From IMG/VR virus record IMGVR_UViG_3300045988_092324, positions 1 through 34,786 of that record: a DNA stretch of 34,786 nt, one strand, 5' to 3'. Under the pieces are notes generated by a model. The model was not told the origin of the DNA. It searched no databases and was given only the letters and a program-made list of their open reading frames with translations. This document shows positions 22,939 through 33,312 of this stretch, one piece after another (the first letter of the stretch is position 1; each line of letters begins with the position of its first letter). The stretch comes from a virus. The translations under genes were made by a program, and so were the position numbers.

Positions 22939-23272
22939 GAACGACTACCACGTGATCGTCTACCGCATCCTCCTGTACCTCTATACGTGCCTGAAGGGCG
23001 GGGAGGACGTCGACCCCAAGAGGCTCGACGAGATCGCCCTCGCCGCAGGCGCGAACGAGCGGTACTGGCACTACATCCTGTGCAGCCTGCTCGACTACGG
23101 ATTCATCTCGGGGGCGGTCAGGGTCGAGGTCGACAACACGTTCGACCGCGTCTACGGCCTCGACGGCGCCTGCATCACGCCCCGCGGCATCGAGTACCTG
23201 ACCGACAACTCCTTCATGGCCAAGGTGAGGAAGTTCCTCAAGGAGGCCAAGGACATAGACCCGTTCATCTGA
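22931..23272 (+). CDS. YjcQ-like winged-helix phage protein
   Basis: MAKNDYHVIVYRILLYLYTCLKGGEDVDPKRLDEIALAAGANERYWHYILCSLLDYGFISG...ITPRGIEYLTDNSFMAKVRKFLKEAKD. Confidence 0.75.
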   Translation: MAKNDYHVIVYRILLYLYTCLKGGEDVDPKRLDEIALAAGANERYWHYILCSLLDYGFISGAVRVEVDNTFDRVYGLDGACITPRGIEYLTDNSFMAKVRKFLKEAKDIDPFI

Positions 23273-23278
23273 CTGTGA

Positions 23279-23302
23279 GGCCCCGCCGTGGCGGGGCCTT
23301 TT
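23279..23302 (+). terminator. Intrinsic terminator
   Basis: GGCCCCGC-CGTG-GCGGGGCC-TTTT. Confidence 0.85.
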
Positions 23303-23355
23303 CCATGCCGCGTGACCGCGGCGGGAACATCCTCCCAGACGCGAGGGAGGACCCC

Positions 23356-23577
23356 ATGAACCCCATAACCGAATGTAAGCGATGCTCCGACTGCGCCATC
23401 AGGCTCGGCTTCGGCTTCACCCAGCCCGACGTGCTGATATGCACCGTGCGAGGCGACGATGTGGGGCCGGGCGACGGCTGCACCATGGGCATCCCCGGTG
23501 AGCCCGTGCAGGCCGTCGAGGCGTGCGAGGTAGACGTGTCCGGCCGCGTCGGCTACGGCACGGAGGTGCTGGACTGA
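23356..23577 (+). CDS. Cys-rich small protein
   Basis: MNPITECKRCSDCAIRLGFGFTQPDVLICTVRGDDVGPGDGC.... Confidence 0.6.
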   Translation: MNPITECKRCSDCAIRLGFGFTQPDVLICTVRGDDVGPGDGCTMGIPGEPVQAVEACEVDVSGRVGYGTEVLD

Positions 23578-24050
23578 TGGCCGCGCCGCGAAGGGTCGGC
23601 AAGGAGAAGTGGAGCGCCAAGAACGACACGTGGACTGACCGAAACGGCGTCGTCACGGAGGGCATGGGCGAGAAGGGCTTTACCAGGGGCACCGCCAAGG
23701 GCCTGCTCGCCTCCGACATCTCCGGCCTCGTCGAGATACGGCAGGACAACCGCGAGGCCATCGCCGACGCCATCGACCGGGCGCTCGTCGCCGCGCTGGA
23801 GGAGGTCGGCCTCGCCGCGGAGGGCTACGCCAAGCGCGCCTGCCCGGTCGACACGGGCCGCCTCCGCAACTCAATCACCCACATCCTCGACGAGGGCACC
23901 CGCCACGTCATCATCGGCACGAACGTCGAGTACGCGCCCTACGTCGAGCTGGGGACGAGGCACCAGAGGCCGCAGCCGTTCCTAAAGCCGGCCGCCAACG
24001 ACCACTACTCCACGTACAAGGGAATCTTCCTCAAGCACCTCCGCGGCTAG
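23577..24050 (+). CDS. HK97 gp10-like head-tail protein
   Basis: GLAAEGYAKRACPVDTGRLRNSITHILDEG...VIIGTNVEYAPYVELGTRHQRPQPFLKPAANDH. Confidence 0.85.
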   Translation: MAAPRRVGKEKWSAKNDTWTDRNGVVTEGMGEKGFTRGTAKGLLASDISGLVEIRQDNREAIADAIDRALVAALEEVGLAAEGYAKRACPVDTGRLRNSITHILDEGTRHVIIGTNVEYAPYVELGTRHQRPQPFLKPAANDHYSTYKGIFLKHLRG

Positions 24051-24157
24051 GGCCGCGTTACGCGCCACGGACGATGTCGCCGCGGCGACGGACTGCCGCA
24101 CGGGGAGGCCGCGACGAAAAGCCGGCGCCCCGGTCCATCCGAGGAAAAGGAGACAGC

Positions 24158-24718
24158 GTGGCACTGACGCGGAAGATGCTCAAGGCAATGGGCATCGAGG
24201 ACGAGAAGATCGAGCAGATCATCGAGGAGCACGTCGAGAGCGTCGACGGCCTGAAGGCCGAGCGCGACCGCTACAAGGCGGGCGCCGACGAGGCAGAGGG
24301 CCTGCGAAGGCAGCTCGAGGAGGCCAAGAAGGCCGGCGAGGGCGCCGGCGAGTACGAGGAGAAGTACAAGGCCAAGTGCAAGGAGCTCGACGACTTCAAG
24401 GCGAAGGTCGACGGCGAGGCGGCGGAGCGCGAGAAGCGCGGCCTGTACCGCGAGCTGCTGGCCGGCGCGGGCGTCGACCCCAAGCGCATCGACACCGTGC
24501 TCAAGGTCTCCGACCTGTCGGGCGTGACCGTCAAGGACGGCGCCATCGAGGGCGCCGACGAGCTGACCGAGTCCATCAAGTCCGACTGGGCCGACTTCAT
24601 CGCGGTCAAGACCACGCAGGGCGCGACCGTGCCCAACCCGCCCAAGAGCACCGGCGGCGCCGCAGCGCCCAAGAACCTGCGCGAGGCGCTCCACCAACGC
24701 TACGAGAACAAGGAGTAA
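24158..24718 (+). CDS. Phage scaffold protein (GP20-like)
   Basis: Coiled-coil VESVDGLKAERDRYKAGADEAEGLRRQLEEAKKAG..., precedes capsid. Confidence 0.85.
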   Translation: MALTRKMLKAMGIEDEKIEQIIEEHVESVDGLKAERDRYKAGADEAEGLRRQLEEAKKAGEGAGEYEEKYKAKCKELDDFKAKVDGEAAEREKRGLYRELLAGAGVDPKRIDTVLKVSDLSGVTVKDGAIEGADELTESIKSDWADFIAVKTTQGATVPNPPKSTGGAAAPKNLREALHQRYENKE

Positions 24719-24721
24719 CAC

Positions 24722-25717
24722 ATGCCCATCACACTCGAAGAGGCAAAGGTCGGCATGTCCGACCGCGTCGACCAGTCCGTGGTCGACACCTTCCAGCGCT
24801 CGTCCCTCCTGCTGGACAAGCTGACGTTCGACAACGCCATCTCGCCCGGCACCGGCGGCTCCACGCTGGCCTACGGCTACACGCAGCTCAAGACCCCGGC
24901 GACCGCCGGCGTCCGCGCCATCAACGTCGAGTACACGGCGAACGAGGCCAAGCGCGAGAAGAAGACCACCAACGCCGTCATCATGGGCGGTGCCTTCCAG
25001 GTCGACCGCGTCCTGCAGAACACCTCCGGCGCCGTGGACGAGCTGGCCTTCCAGCTGGAGCAGAAGATCAAGGCCGTGGCCAACGAGTTCCACTACCTCG
25101 TCATCAACGGCAAGGCGGCCGGCACCGCCGGCGCCGGCAAGCCCGACGGCACGTTCGACGGCCTCGCCAAGCTGCTCTCCGGCACGTCCAACGAAATCGC
25201 CTCCGCCGTCGACGTGTCCACCGCCGACCTCATGACCAAGAACGCCCAGGCGTTCCTCGACGAGGTCGACTACCTGCTCTCGCAGGTCGACGGCCCGAAC
25301 ATGCTGATGATGAACGGCAAGATGCTGACGAAGTTCCGCGGCATCGCCCGACGCGCCGGCTACTACGAGCGCACCAAGGACGACGCCGGCCGATACATCG
25401 AGACCTACAACGGCGTGCCCATCGTCGACCTCGGCAAGTACTACAACGGCACCACCGCCGTCGACGCCGTCGCCGACACCGCCGCCACGGCAGCCGCGCT
25501 CGGCAAGTCCGACATCTATGCCGTATCCCTCGGCCTCGACGGCTTCCACGGCATCTCGCCGACCGGCACCGGCGTGGTCCAGTCCTACATGCCCGACATG
25601 GCGCAGCCCGGCGCCGTCAAGACCGGCGAGGTCGAGCTCGTGGCCGGCGTGGCCCTCAAGAACACGCTCAAGGCCGGCGTCCTCAAGGGCATCGGCACCG
25701 CCCCGAAGCTGGGCTAA
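24722..25717 (+). CDS. Major capsid protein (HK97-fold)
   Basis: 331 aa after scaffold; VGMSDRVDQSVVDTFQRSSLLLDKLTFD...LEQKIKAVANEFHYLVINGKA...YNGVPIVDLGKYY. Confidence 0.9.
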   Translation: MPITLEEAKVGMSDRVDQSVVDTFQRSSLLLDKLTFDNAISPGTGGSTLAYGYTQLKTPATAGVRAINVEYTANEAKREKKTTNAVIMGGAFQVDRVLQNTSGAVDELAFQLEQKIKAVANEFHYLVINGKAAGTAGAGKPDGTFDGLAKLLSGTSNEIASAVDVSTADLMTKNAQAFLDEVDYLLSQVDGPNMLMMNGKMLTKFRGIARRAGYYERTKDDAGRYIETYNGVPIVDLGKYYNGTTAVDAVADTAATAAALGKSDIYAVSLGLDGFHGISPTGTGVVQSYMPDMAQPGAVKTGEVELVAGVALKNTLKAGVLKGIGTAPKLG

Positions 25718-25720
25718 GCC

Positions 25721-26140
25721 ATGCTCGAGGAGCTGCTGCGCGCCCTGCGCAACTGGTTCGTCCGCGACAAGGCCACCGGCCGAATTCGTGTCGAGGGCGG
25801 GGCGCTGGTCCCGCCCGAGGGCCTCGCGCTGGCGGACGGCCAGTACATCCGCGTGACCGGCTCCGTGTTCAACGACGGCCTGCACCGCTGGCCCTGCACG
25901 GGCATGACCGACGAGGAGTTCGTCGGCACCGTGTGGGCGCTCGCGGTGCCGAAGGCCGTCCTCGACCTCGCGGACGAGATCGACGCGTGGCGCAAGGAGC
26001 ACGCCGGGGAGCTGGACGGCCCGTACCAGTCCGAGAGCTTCGGCGGATACAGCTACACCCGCGTGATGGGCGCCGACGGCCGACCGCTGACGTGGCGCGA
26101 CCAGTTCAAGGCGCGCATGGACCCCTGGAGGAAGCTGTGA
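25721..26140 (+). CDS. Head-tail connector/adaptor protein
   Basis: 139 aa, position after major capsid. Confidence 0.65.
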   Translation: MLEELLRALRNWFVRDKATGRIRVEGGALVPPEGLALADGQYIRVTGSVFNDGLHRWPCTGMTDEEFVGTVWALAVPKAVLDLADEIDAWRKEHAGELDGPYQSESFGGYSYTRVMGADGRPLTWRDQFKARMDPWRKL

Positions 26141-26490
26141 GCCGCCTGTACGAGCGCATGCGCGTGCCGTGCGTGCGCATGGTCCGCAGGAGCGTGCCGG
26201 ACGGCGAGGGCGGCTGGACGGAGACGTGGGCCACGGGCCGCAGCTTCGCCGCGACCATCGTCCGCGACACGTCGGCCGAGGCCCGAATCGCCGAGGCGGC
26301 GGGCGTCGCCAACTCCTACACGGTGACGTGCAGCGAGGAACTGTCCCACGGCGACGTGTTCAGGCGCGTCTCCGACGGGCAGGTGTTCCGCGTCACGTCC
26401 GACGCCGACGACGGACGTCCGCCAGCGTGCGCGACGTTCTCGTTCACCCAGTGCACGGCCGAGGAATGGAGGCTGCCGGATGCCGACTAG
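26137..26490 (+). CDS. Head closure-type protein
   Basis: GTG 26137; VSRLYERMRVPCVRMVRRSVPDGEGGWTETW...HGDVFRRVSDGQVFRVTSD. Confidence 0.7.
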   Translation: MSRLYERMRVPCVRMVRRSVPDGEGGWTETWATGRSFAATIVRDTSAEARIAEAAGVANSYTVTCSEELSHGDVFRRVSDGQVFRVTSDADDGRPPACATFSFTQCTAEEWRLPDAD

Positions 26491-26851
26491 GACCGCGGCG
26501 CTCGCCGCATGGCTCGGGGGCTTCGGCATGCCCGCCTATTCCGCGCAGGCCGTTCCCGATGACGCCGAGCTGCCGTACCTCACGTTCACGCCGGTCTCCG
26601 GCGCCTGGGGCGACGGCGAGCAGGGCGTCACCGTGGAGACATGGCGCCGCACCGAGTCCGAGGCCGAGGCCAACGCCGACGCCGAGGCCGTCGGGCGCGC
26701 GCTGGGGCTCGGCGGCGTGATGCTGCCCTGCGACGGCGGCGGCCTGTGGGTCAGGCGCGGCTCGCCGTTCTGGCAGGCCGCCGACTCGGGCGAGCCGGGC
26801 GTCAAGCGCCGCTACGTAAACCTCTCAATCGAGAACATCACGACCTTTTAG
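26480..26851 (+). CDS. Tail completion/minor capsid-type protein
   Basis: MPTRTAALAAWLGGFGMPAYSAQAVPDDAELPYLTFTPVSGAWGDG...; position. Confidence 0.7.
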   Translation: MPTRTAALAAWLGGFGMPAYSAQAVPDDAELPYLTFTPVSGAWGDGEQGVTVETWRRTESEAEANADAEAVGRALGLGGVMLPCDGGGLWVRRGSPFWQAADSGEPGVKRRYVNLSIENITTF

Positions 26852-26859
26852 GGGGTCCC

Positions 26860-27462
26860 ATGAAATACACCCAGATCCCGCAGGACACGTTCAACAACAT
26901 CCAGCTGAACGCCGGCGTCCTGCTCAAGGCGTTCACCCCGGACACCGGCACGCTCAAGGCGACCGACATCCTCGGCGCGACGTCCGGCGGCGTCAACTTC
27001 ACCGCCACGCCGAGCTTCATCGACTACGGCGAGGACATCGACAACTGTCCGAAGAACATGAAGGAGCTCAAGCAGCTCGACGGCTGGGAGGCCAAGATGT
27101 CCGGCACGTTCGTGACCGTGACCGCCGAGCTCGCCACCAAGCTCACGGGCGCCGCCGACACCGCCGCCGAGAAGGTGACCCCGCGCAACGACCTCAAGTC
27201 CGCCGACTTCGCCGACCTGTGGTGGGTGGGCGACTACAGCGCCGTCAACGAGGACGGCACCAAGGGCGCGAGCGCCGGCTTCTGCGCCATCCGCCTGCTC
27301 AACTCCCTGAGCACCGGCGGCTTCCAGATCCAGTCCGGCGACAAGGCCAAGGCGCAGTTTGAATTCGAGTTCACCGGGCACTACTCGATGGAGCACCCCG
27401 AGACGGTGCCGTTCGAGATCTACGTCAAGGCCGGTACCGACGGCACGGGGGTGGCAGCCTGA
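26860..27462 (+). CDS. Major tail tube protein
   Basis: MKYTQIPQDTFNNIQLNAGVLLKAFTPDTGTL...GATSGGVNFTATPSFIDYGEDIDNCPKNMKELKQLDGWEAKMSGTFVTV. Confidence 0.9.
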   Translation: MKYTQIPQDTFNNIQLNAGVLLKAFTPDTGTLKATDILGATSGGVNFTATPSFIDYGEDIDNCPKNMKELKQLDGWEAKMSGTFVTVTAELATKLTGAADTAAEKVTPRNDLKSADFADLWWVGDYSAVNEDGTKGASAGFCAIRLLNSLSTGGFQIQSGDKAKAQFEFEFTGHYSMEHPETVPFEIYVKAGTDGTGVAA

Positions 27463-27860
27463 TGCGAATCGACGAGTTCACGGCGGACGAGTTCCTGACC
27501 TCGGCGCAGCTGCTCGCCGAGGTGGCCGAGGAGGCCATGGGCGGCAAGCTCGGCGAGGAGCTCAAGCGCTCCTACATGTCCTACCGCGCCGCGGCCAAAG
27601 CCGCCAAGGCCGAGGGCGGCGAAGAGGACGAGGTCAAGGCCAAGGTCGAGGTCCAGGCCGTCGATATGTTGGGCGGCCTGCTGCCCGTCCTGCTGCGCGA
27701 GGGCGGCGAGCTGTCGCTCAAGCTCCTCGCCGCGCTGGACGGCCAGACCCTCGACGAGTACAAGGCCTGCTTCACCATGGCCAAGTACGCCGCCGACATC
27801 AAGGCCGCGGTCGACAGCATCGACACCGTCAAGGAGATCGCCGCGCCTTTTTTCGGCTAG
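27462..27860 (+). CDS. Tail assembly chaperone (G-like, 0 frame)
   Basis: 132 aa between tail tube and tape measure; ends at TAG 27858-27860 just after a slippery sequence. Confidence 0.88.
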   Translation: MRIDEFTADEFLTSAQLLAEVAEEAMGGKLGEELKRSYMSYRAAAKAAKAEGGEEDEVKAKVEVQAVDMLGGLLPVLLREGGELSLKLLAALDGQTLDEYKACFTMAKYAADIKAAVDSIDTVKEIAAPFFG

Positions 27861-28144
27861 CCGCCGACGACCCGGAGCTGCTCTGGCTCTACCTGGGCGA
27901 GTACACCGGACCACGGCGTGCTCGCCCTTTTGCTAGGTACCTGTCCGCGCGGCAGCGCAGGGAGGCCGAGGAGGACGCGTACAGGGTGTACCTGACGGAG
28001 TCCATCCGCCTCGCCGTGCAGTCGCGCTACATCGCCAAGCCCTACCTGGAGCTCGTGCGGGGCGCGGCAGAGCCGGCAGACACCCGGAGCGGCGACGAGA
28101 TCGCGGCGGACGTAATCGGCAAGTTGGGATTGGAGGTGCTGTAG
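27462..28144 (+). CDS. Tail assembly chaperone frameshift product (GT-like, -1 frameshift)
   Basis: Slippery T_TTT_TTC at 27848-27854; -1 frame continues RLAADDPELLWLYLGEYTGPRRARPFARYLSARQRREAEE...VIGKLGLEVL to 28144. Confidence 0.85.
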
Positions 28145-30376
28145 ATGGACCTTCTCGACCTCTTGGTCAAGATCGGCGTCGACGACCAGGCATCCGGCAA
28201 GGTCGACGGCATCGCCGGCGGCATCGGCAGCAAGCTCGGGGCGGCCGCCGGCAAGGCCGCGTCGCTGGTCGCGGCCGGAGTAACGGCAGTGGCTGCCGGC
28301 GTCGCGGCGGTGACCGGCATGAGCATGAGCGCCTACGCCGCCTACGAGCAGAACGTCGGCGGCATACAGAAGATTTTCGGCAACATGGGCAAGTCCCTCG
28401 AGGACTACGCCGCCATGACCGGCCAGACCGTCGAGCAGTGCTCCGGTAAGTGGGAGCAGCTCGAGCAGGCCCAGACGACGGTGCTGGCCAACGCCGACGC
28501 AGCCTACAAGACGGCCGGCATGAGCGCCAACCGGTACATGGAGCAGGTGACCGGCTTCTCGGCCGCGCTCGTCTCCTCGCTCGGCGGCGACACGGTCAAG
28601 GCCGCCGAGTACGCCGACACGGCCATGGTCGACATGGGCGACAACGCGAACACCTTCGGCACGGCGATGGAGGACCTCCAGAACGCGTACCAGGGCTTCG
28701 CGAAACAGAACTACACCATGCTCGACAACTTGAAGCTGGGATACGGCGGCACCAGGGAGGAGATGCAGCGCCTCGTCAAGGACGCGCACGCCGTCAACTC
28801 CGCCGTGGACGAGTCGAGCCTCTCATTCGACAACATCGTGCTCGCCATCCACACGATGCAGGAGCAGATGCAGATCGCCGGCACGACCTCGCGCGAGGCC
28901 GCGACGACCATCGAGGGCTCCTGCAACATGGCCAAGGCCGCGTGGGAGAACTGGGTGACGGAGCTCGGCAAGGACGACGCCGACATGGGCAAGCTCACGA
29001 CAGAGCTGGTCGAGTCGGTCGAGACGGCGGCCTCCAACATCGTGCCGCGCGTGGCGACCATCGTGTCCACGGCCGTCGAGCAGCTCCCCGGGGTCATAGC
29101 GACGCTGGCGCCGGTCGCCGGCGAGGCCTTCATGTCCATCGCCGACAGCGCCATGTCGGCGCTCTCGGGCGCCTTCGGCGGGTTGGACGAGATAGGCGCG
29201 CAGGTCGGACCGGTGCTCTACGACGGAATCGTGAACGGCCTGTCGTTCCTCTCCGGCGCGGCGGCCGACATCATGACCCGGCTGGGCGGCTACCTGGCCG
29301 AGAACCTGCCGTCCATCATGGAGAGCGGCCTGCAGATTCTCACCGGCCTCTCAGAGTCCATAGCCGAGAACGCGGGCGTTCTTGCCGAGGGCGCGGCGAA
29401 CCTCATAGTCGGCCTGGCGCAGGGTATCGCCGACAGCCTGCCGACCATCATCGAGCAGGCGCCGGTTATCGTGCAGAACCTCGCCGGTGCGATCAACGAC
29501 AACGCGCCGACGCTGCTCGGTGCCGGCATCCAGGCAATCGTGACGCTGGCGCTCGGCATCGTGCAGGCGATACCGACGCTCATCGCCAACATCCCGGCCA
29601 TCTTCTCGGCCTTCGTCTCGGCTTGGTCGGCGCTCGACTGGCTGAGCCTAGGCAGGAACGCCATCACGTTCCTGGGCAACGGCATCGCCGGCATGGCCGG
29701 TTTCGTCAGCACGTGCGGCACCAACATCGTGTCCGCCATCCGCGGGGCCATCGCCAACCTGCCGGCGACGCTGGCGAACCTCGGCAAGGTTGCCATGTAC
29801 AACCTGCAGGGCGCCATCTCGGGCGCAGTCGGTGCAGTGAAGGGCGCGGCGCTACGCATCGCGTCGAACATCGAGTCCTCCTTCCTTGGCTTGCCGGCCC
29901 GCGTGGCCTCCATCGGCCGCAACATCGTTCAGGGCATCGCCAACGGAATCAGCGGTGCGGCCGGCGTGGTCGTCAACAAGATAACCGGCGTGGTCGGCGG
30001 CGCCATCGAGGCGGCCAAGAACCTGCTCGGCATCCACTCGCCCTCGCGCGTGTTCCGCAAGATATTCGGCTACGTGATGCAGGGCGCGGCCCTCGGCATC
30101 GACGACACGGCGGACGAGCCCGTGAAGTCAATGGAGTCCGCCGTCGGGAGGGTCGAGCGCGCCGCGGCGTTCGATGCGACGGTCAGGGCCGACGGCCCGC
30201 GTTACGGCGACCGGACCATTTCCGGCACCGGGGAGGGCGTTGTCGCGGACGGCGGCGCATCGGCCGTCATCGGCTGGCTGGCCGAGAACCTGCCCTCCAT
30301 CATCGCGGAGTTCACGCCCGTCATGGGCGAGTCGGAGTTCGGGCGCAGGGCGAGGAAGGCGGTCGCGTATGCCTGA
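28145..30376 (+). CDS. Tape measure protein
   Basis: 743 aa; YEQNVGGIQKIFG, SANRYMEQVTGFSAALVSSLGGDTVKAAEYADTAMVDMGDNANTFG, hydrophobic repeats, NLLGIHSPSRVFRKIFGYVMQGAALGI. Confidence 0.95.
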   Translation: MDLLDLLVKIGVDDQASGKVDGIAGGIGSKLGAAAGKAASLVAAGVTAVAAGVAAVTGMSMSAYAAYEQNVGGIQKIFGNMGKSLEDYAAMTGQTVEQCSGKWEQLEQAQTTVLANADAAYKTAGMSANRYMEQVTGFSAALVSSLGGDTVKAAEYADTAMVDMGDNANTFGTAMEDLQNAYQGFAKQNYTMLDNLKLGYGGTREEMQRLVKDAHAVNSAVDESSLSFDNIVLAIHTMQEQMQIAGTTSREAATTIEGSCNMAKAAWENWVTELGKDDADMGKLTTELVESVETAASNIVPRVATIVSTAVEQLPGVIATLAPVAGEAFMSIADSAMSALSGAFGGLDEIGAQVGPVLYDGIVNGLSFLSGAAADIMTRLGGYLAENLPSIMESGLQILTGLSESIAENAGVLAEGAANLIVGLAQGIADSLPTIIEQAPVIVQNLAGAINDNAPTLLGAGIQAIVTLALGIVQAIPTLIANIPAIFSAFVSAWSALDWLSLGRNAITFLGNGIAGMAGFVSTCGTNIVSAIRGAIANLPATLANLGKVAMYNLQGAISGAVGAVKGAALRIASNIESSFLGLPARVASIGRNIVQGIANGISGAAGVVVNKITGVVGGAIEAAKNLLGIHSPSRVFRKIFGYVMQGAALGIDDTADEPVKSMESAVGRVERAAAFDATVRADGPRYGDRTISGTGEGVVADGGASAVIGWLAENLPSIIAEFTPVMGESEFGRRARKAVAYA

Positions 30377-31184
30377 TATCGAATATGAATCGGGCATGGG
30401 GGCGGTCATCCCGCTCAATTCCGGCATCTACGTCGGCAGGCCGAACGACCTCTTCAGCCGCGAATGGGACTACAAGATCGGGTACCGCGCGCTGTCGACC
30501 GCATCGCGCGGCGCCCGCAAGGCCTCGTTCAGGGCGGTCTTCGCCGACATGGGGCTGGCCGACGAGTTCCGCCGCTGCGCGGACCTCGACGTCTCGGGCA
30601 ACACGCCCGGGACGCTGAGGGTCGGGGACTGGTTCCAGCGCTGCCTCGTCCTCGCGTCGAAGGTCGACGGGGTGCGGGACGGGCTCTTCACCGCGAAGAT
30701 CACCGTCGTGCTGCTCGACGGCCTGTGGCGCAGGGGCGTCACGACGGAGTTCGCGCCCGTCAACGGCTCGTCCGGGTACGAGTTCCTCGACCTGCCGCAT
30801 GATTTGCCGTACGACCTAGGCGTGACCCCACCGCTGCAATACGCCATCAACCCAGGCTACTCCGGCAGCCCCGCGAAGTTTGTCGTGTACGGGCCCGCGG
30901 TCAACCCTTCTGTGCGCCTGGCTGGCAATCTGTACCAGGTGGACGTGACCGTTCCCGAGGGCGGTTACATGGATATCGACCCATTGCGGCGCACCGTCAC
31001 CGTTGTCGCCGCAGACGGCACCACGATGGACGCCTTCGGCAAGGCGCACCGAGGCAGCGGGGCAGGCTCGGGAGAGTACATCTTCGAGCGCGTGCCGGCC
31101 GGCACCTGCGAGGTCTCGTGGGACAACAGCTTCGGCTTCGACCTGACGCTCTACGAGGAGGAGGGGGAGCCGGCATGGTCCTAG
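30369..31184 (+). CDS. Distal tail (Dit-like) protein
   Basis: ATG 30369; follows tape measure; [35 protein letters not shown]... Confidence 0.75.
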   Translation: MPDIEYESGMGAVIPLNSGIYVGRPNDLFSREWDYKIGYRALSTASRGARKASFRAVFADMGLADEFRRCADLDVSGNTPGTLRVGDWFQRCLVLASKVDGVRDGLFTAKITVVLLDGLWRRGVTTEFAPVNGSSGYEFLDLPHDLPYDLGVTPPLQYAINPGYSGSPAKFVVYGPAVNPSVRLAGNLYQVDVTVPEGGYMDIDPLRRTVTVVAADGTTMDAFGKAHRGSGAGSGEYIFERVPAGTCEVSWDNSFGFDLTLYEEEGEPAWS

Positions 31185-33310
31185 TGGTGAGCGACCCGGC
31201 GGCCGGGGACGTCCGCGAGATCGAGGACTTCGAGCTCGACCTCGCGTTCGGCAGCGACGAGAACGCCCTGAAGCTCGAGGCGCGCGCCGGCGAGGCCCCC
31301 GCCGAGGGGCATCTCGTGTTCATCGACGGGACCGAGTACGGCGGCGTCGTCGACGAGGTCGCCTACGAGGCGGGCAGGGAGGCCTCCGGCACCGTCCTGT
31401 GCAAGGGCCGCACGTGGCACGGCATCCTGGCGGGCAAGCGCCTGCTCCCCGACTCGGGCAGCGGGTACCTCGCGGTGAGCGGCAAGGCGGGCGAGGTGCT
31501 CGCGTCCCTCATATCCCGCATGGGGCTGTCCGGGCTGTTCTCGGCAGCCGTGGACGATACGGCGGTCAGCTATACCTTCGACCGCTTCGCGGACGGGTAC
31601 GGCGGCCTGAAGGCCCTGGCGGAGGCGAACGGGCGCAAGGTCTCGATGCGCCGCCTAGGCGGCAAGGTCGAGCTATCGCTGCCCCCGGTCGTCGACTACG
31701 CGGACAAGGTCGACTCGGACCTGCTCGACTTCACGCTGACGAGCGTCCACCGCTGCGTCAACCATCTGGTGTGCGCCGGCACGGGCGAGCTCGAGAACCG
31801 CGCCGTGGTCCATTTCTACGCCGACGCGGCGGGCAACGTCAGCCACACCCAGAGCCTCTTCGGCGTCGACGAGATATGCGCGCTCTACGACTACAGCAAC
31901 GCCGACGAGGCGAAGCTCGAGGAGGAGGGCGGCAAGAAGCTCAGGGAGTACCAGACCCGGGGCAGCGTCGAGGTCGACGCGCACGAGGATATCGACGTCG
32001 ACGTCGGCGACATCATCTCGGCGCGCGACAACGCGCACGGCAGGACCGTCAGCGCGACCGTGGTGAAGAAGATCGTGCAGGTCTCGCGCGGCGTGGCAAC
32101 GTATAGGTATGAGGTCGGCAGCGAGACCACGACGAAGAACTCGTCCAGCGCGATCGCCGACGGAGGTGGCGGGCACGCTTACCTGGCGGGAAAGGGCCTG
32201 AAGCTCGAGAACTACACGTTTAGTGCGGAGGTCGACGCGGAATCGCTCAAGGCCGTTGAGGCCAAGGCCGACAAGGCCGTAACAGACGCCTCAAGCTCGC
32301 TCCAGACGTGGGCGCAGGCGGATATCGCCATGGGAGAAGTGTCAACGCTCACGGAAGGCTCTAAGGCCACCGCTTCGCTCTCAGGCGAAGGGCTGGTCAA
32401 GACACTCTCGCTCGGAATTCCACGCGGCGCGACCGGCATCCAGGGTCCGAGGGGCGAACGCGGGGCCACTGGTCCCCAAGGCCCGCAGGGAATCAAGGGT
32501 GACACCGGCGCGACAGGCTCGCAGGGACCTACGGGACCACAAGGCCCCAAGGGAGCCACTGGTCCGCAGGGTCCCAAGGGAGACACGGGCGAGCAGGGAC
32601 CGCAGGGCGTTCAGGGAAAGCAGGGGCCGCAGGGCATACAGGGCGAGACGGGGCCGCGCGGTCCGCAGGGATTGCAGGGCATCCAAGGTCCCAAGGGAGA
32701 CACGGGCGAGGGCTTCTCCATCTCGAAGGTATACGCGAGCTACGACGCGATGCGGGCGGGGTGGAAGACGGACGGCGTGAAGGTCGGCGGGTTCGCGGTC
32801 ATCGGCTCGAATGTCGAGGACCCGCACAACGCCGAGCTGTACGTGAAGTCGGCAGACGGCTACTCGCTGATCGCCGACATGAGCGGCGCGACCGGCGTCA
32901 AGGGCGAGCAGGGCCCCACGGGCCCGCAGGGCCCGGTCGGCGCGACCGGAGCGGCGGGGGCAACTGGGCCGCAAGGCCCGAAGGGAGCCACCGGCGCAAC
33001 CGGTCCGCAGGGCCCCAAGGGCGAGACGGGGGCAACCGGCGCGACCGGCGCGAAGGGCGCGACCGGCCCCACGGGGCCGCAGGGCGTGAAGGGCGAGCAG
33101 GGCGAACGCGGCCCGCAGGGTATACAGGGCCCGAAGGGCGAGAAGGGCGAGCGCGGCGACTCGGGCGTCACCGTACCGCTGTCGGGGTTCTTCTCGCTGA
33201 CGGTGGACGCCGACGGCAACCTCTGGTCGCACGTGGCGGACGGGGCGGCAGCCCCGCCGCTCTCATACGACTCGTCCACTGGCGAGCTTTACTATGAGAT
33301 AGGTGAATAA
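31175..33310 (+). CDS. Tail-associated protein (gp37-like baseplate domain) with collagen-like repeats
   Basis: ATG 31175; N-terminal [43 protein letters not shown]..., then many GPQGPxG triplets. Confidence 0.82.
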   Translation: MVLVVSDPAAGDVREIEDFELDLAFGSDENALKLEARAGEAPAEGHLVFIDGTEYGGVVDEVAYEAGREASGTVLCKGRTWHGILAGKRLLPDSGSGYLAVSGKAGEVLASLISRMGLSGLFSAAVDDTAVSYTFDRFADGYGGLKALAEANGRKVSMRRLGGKVELSLPPVVDYADKVDSDLLDFTLTSVHRCVNHLVCAGTGELENRAVVHFYADAAGNVSHTQSLFGVDEICALYDYSNADEAKLEEEGGKKLREYQTRGSVEVDAHEDIDVDVGDIISARDNAHGRTVSATVVKKIVQVSRGVATYRYEVGSETTTKNSSSAIADGGGGHAYLAGKGLKLENYTFSAEVDAESLKAVEAKADKAVTDASSSLQTWAQADIAMGEVSTLTEGSKATASLSGEGLVKTLSLGIPRGATGIQGPRGERGATGPQGPQGIKGDTGATGSQGPTGPQGPKGATGPQGPKGDTGEQGPQGVQGKQGPQGIQGETGPRGPQGLQGIQGPKGDTGEGFSISKVYASYDAMRAGWKTDGVKVGGFAVIGSNVEDPHNAELYVKSADGYSLIADMSGATGVKGEQGPTGPQGPVGATGAAGATGPQGPKGATGATGPQGPKGETGATGATGAKGATGPTGPQGVKGEQGERGPQGIQGPKGEKGERGDSGVTVPLSGFFSLTVDADGNLWSHVADGAAAPPLSYDSSTGELYYEIGE

Positions 33311-33312
33311 TC

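Noticed and set aside
24047-26002. 651-aa minus-strand ORF opposite scaffold/capsid genes
   Set aside because: High-GC shadow ORF antisense to strong structural genes; low-complexity composition, no motifs.
24376-26025. First ~550 codons of the 704-aa plus ORF 24376-26490
   Set aside because: Overlaps scaffold, capsid and connector genes; only the C-terminal part from GTG 26137 is credible.
28450-30618. 722-aa plus-strand ORF in another frame across the tape measure
   Set aside because: Arg/Gly/His-rich frame-shifted translation of the tape measure; artefact of high GC.
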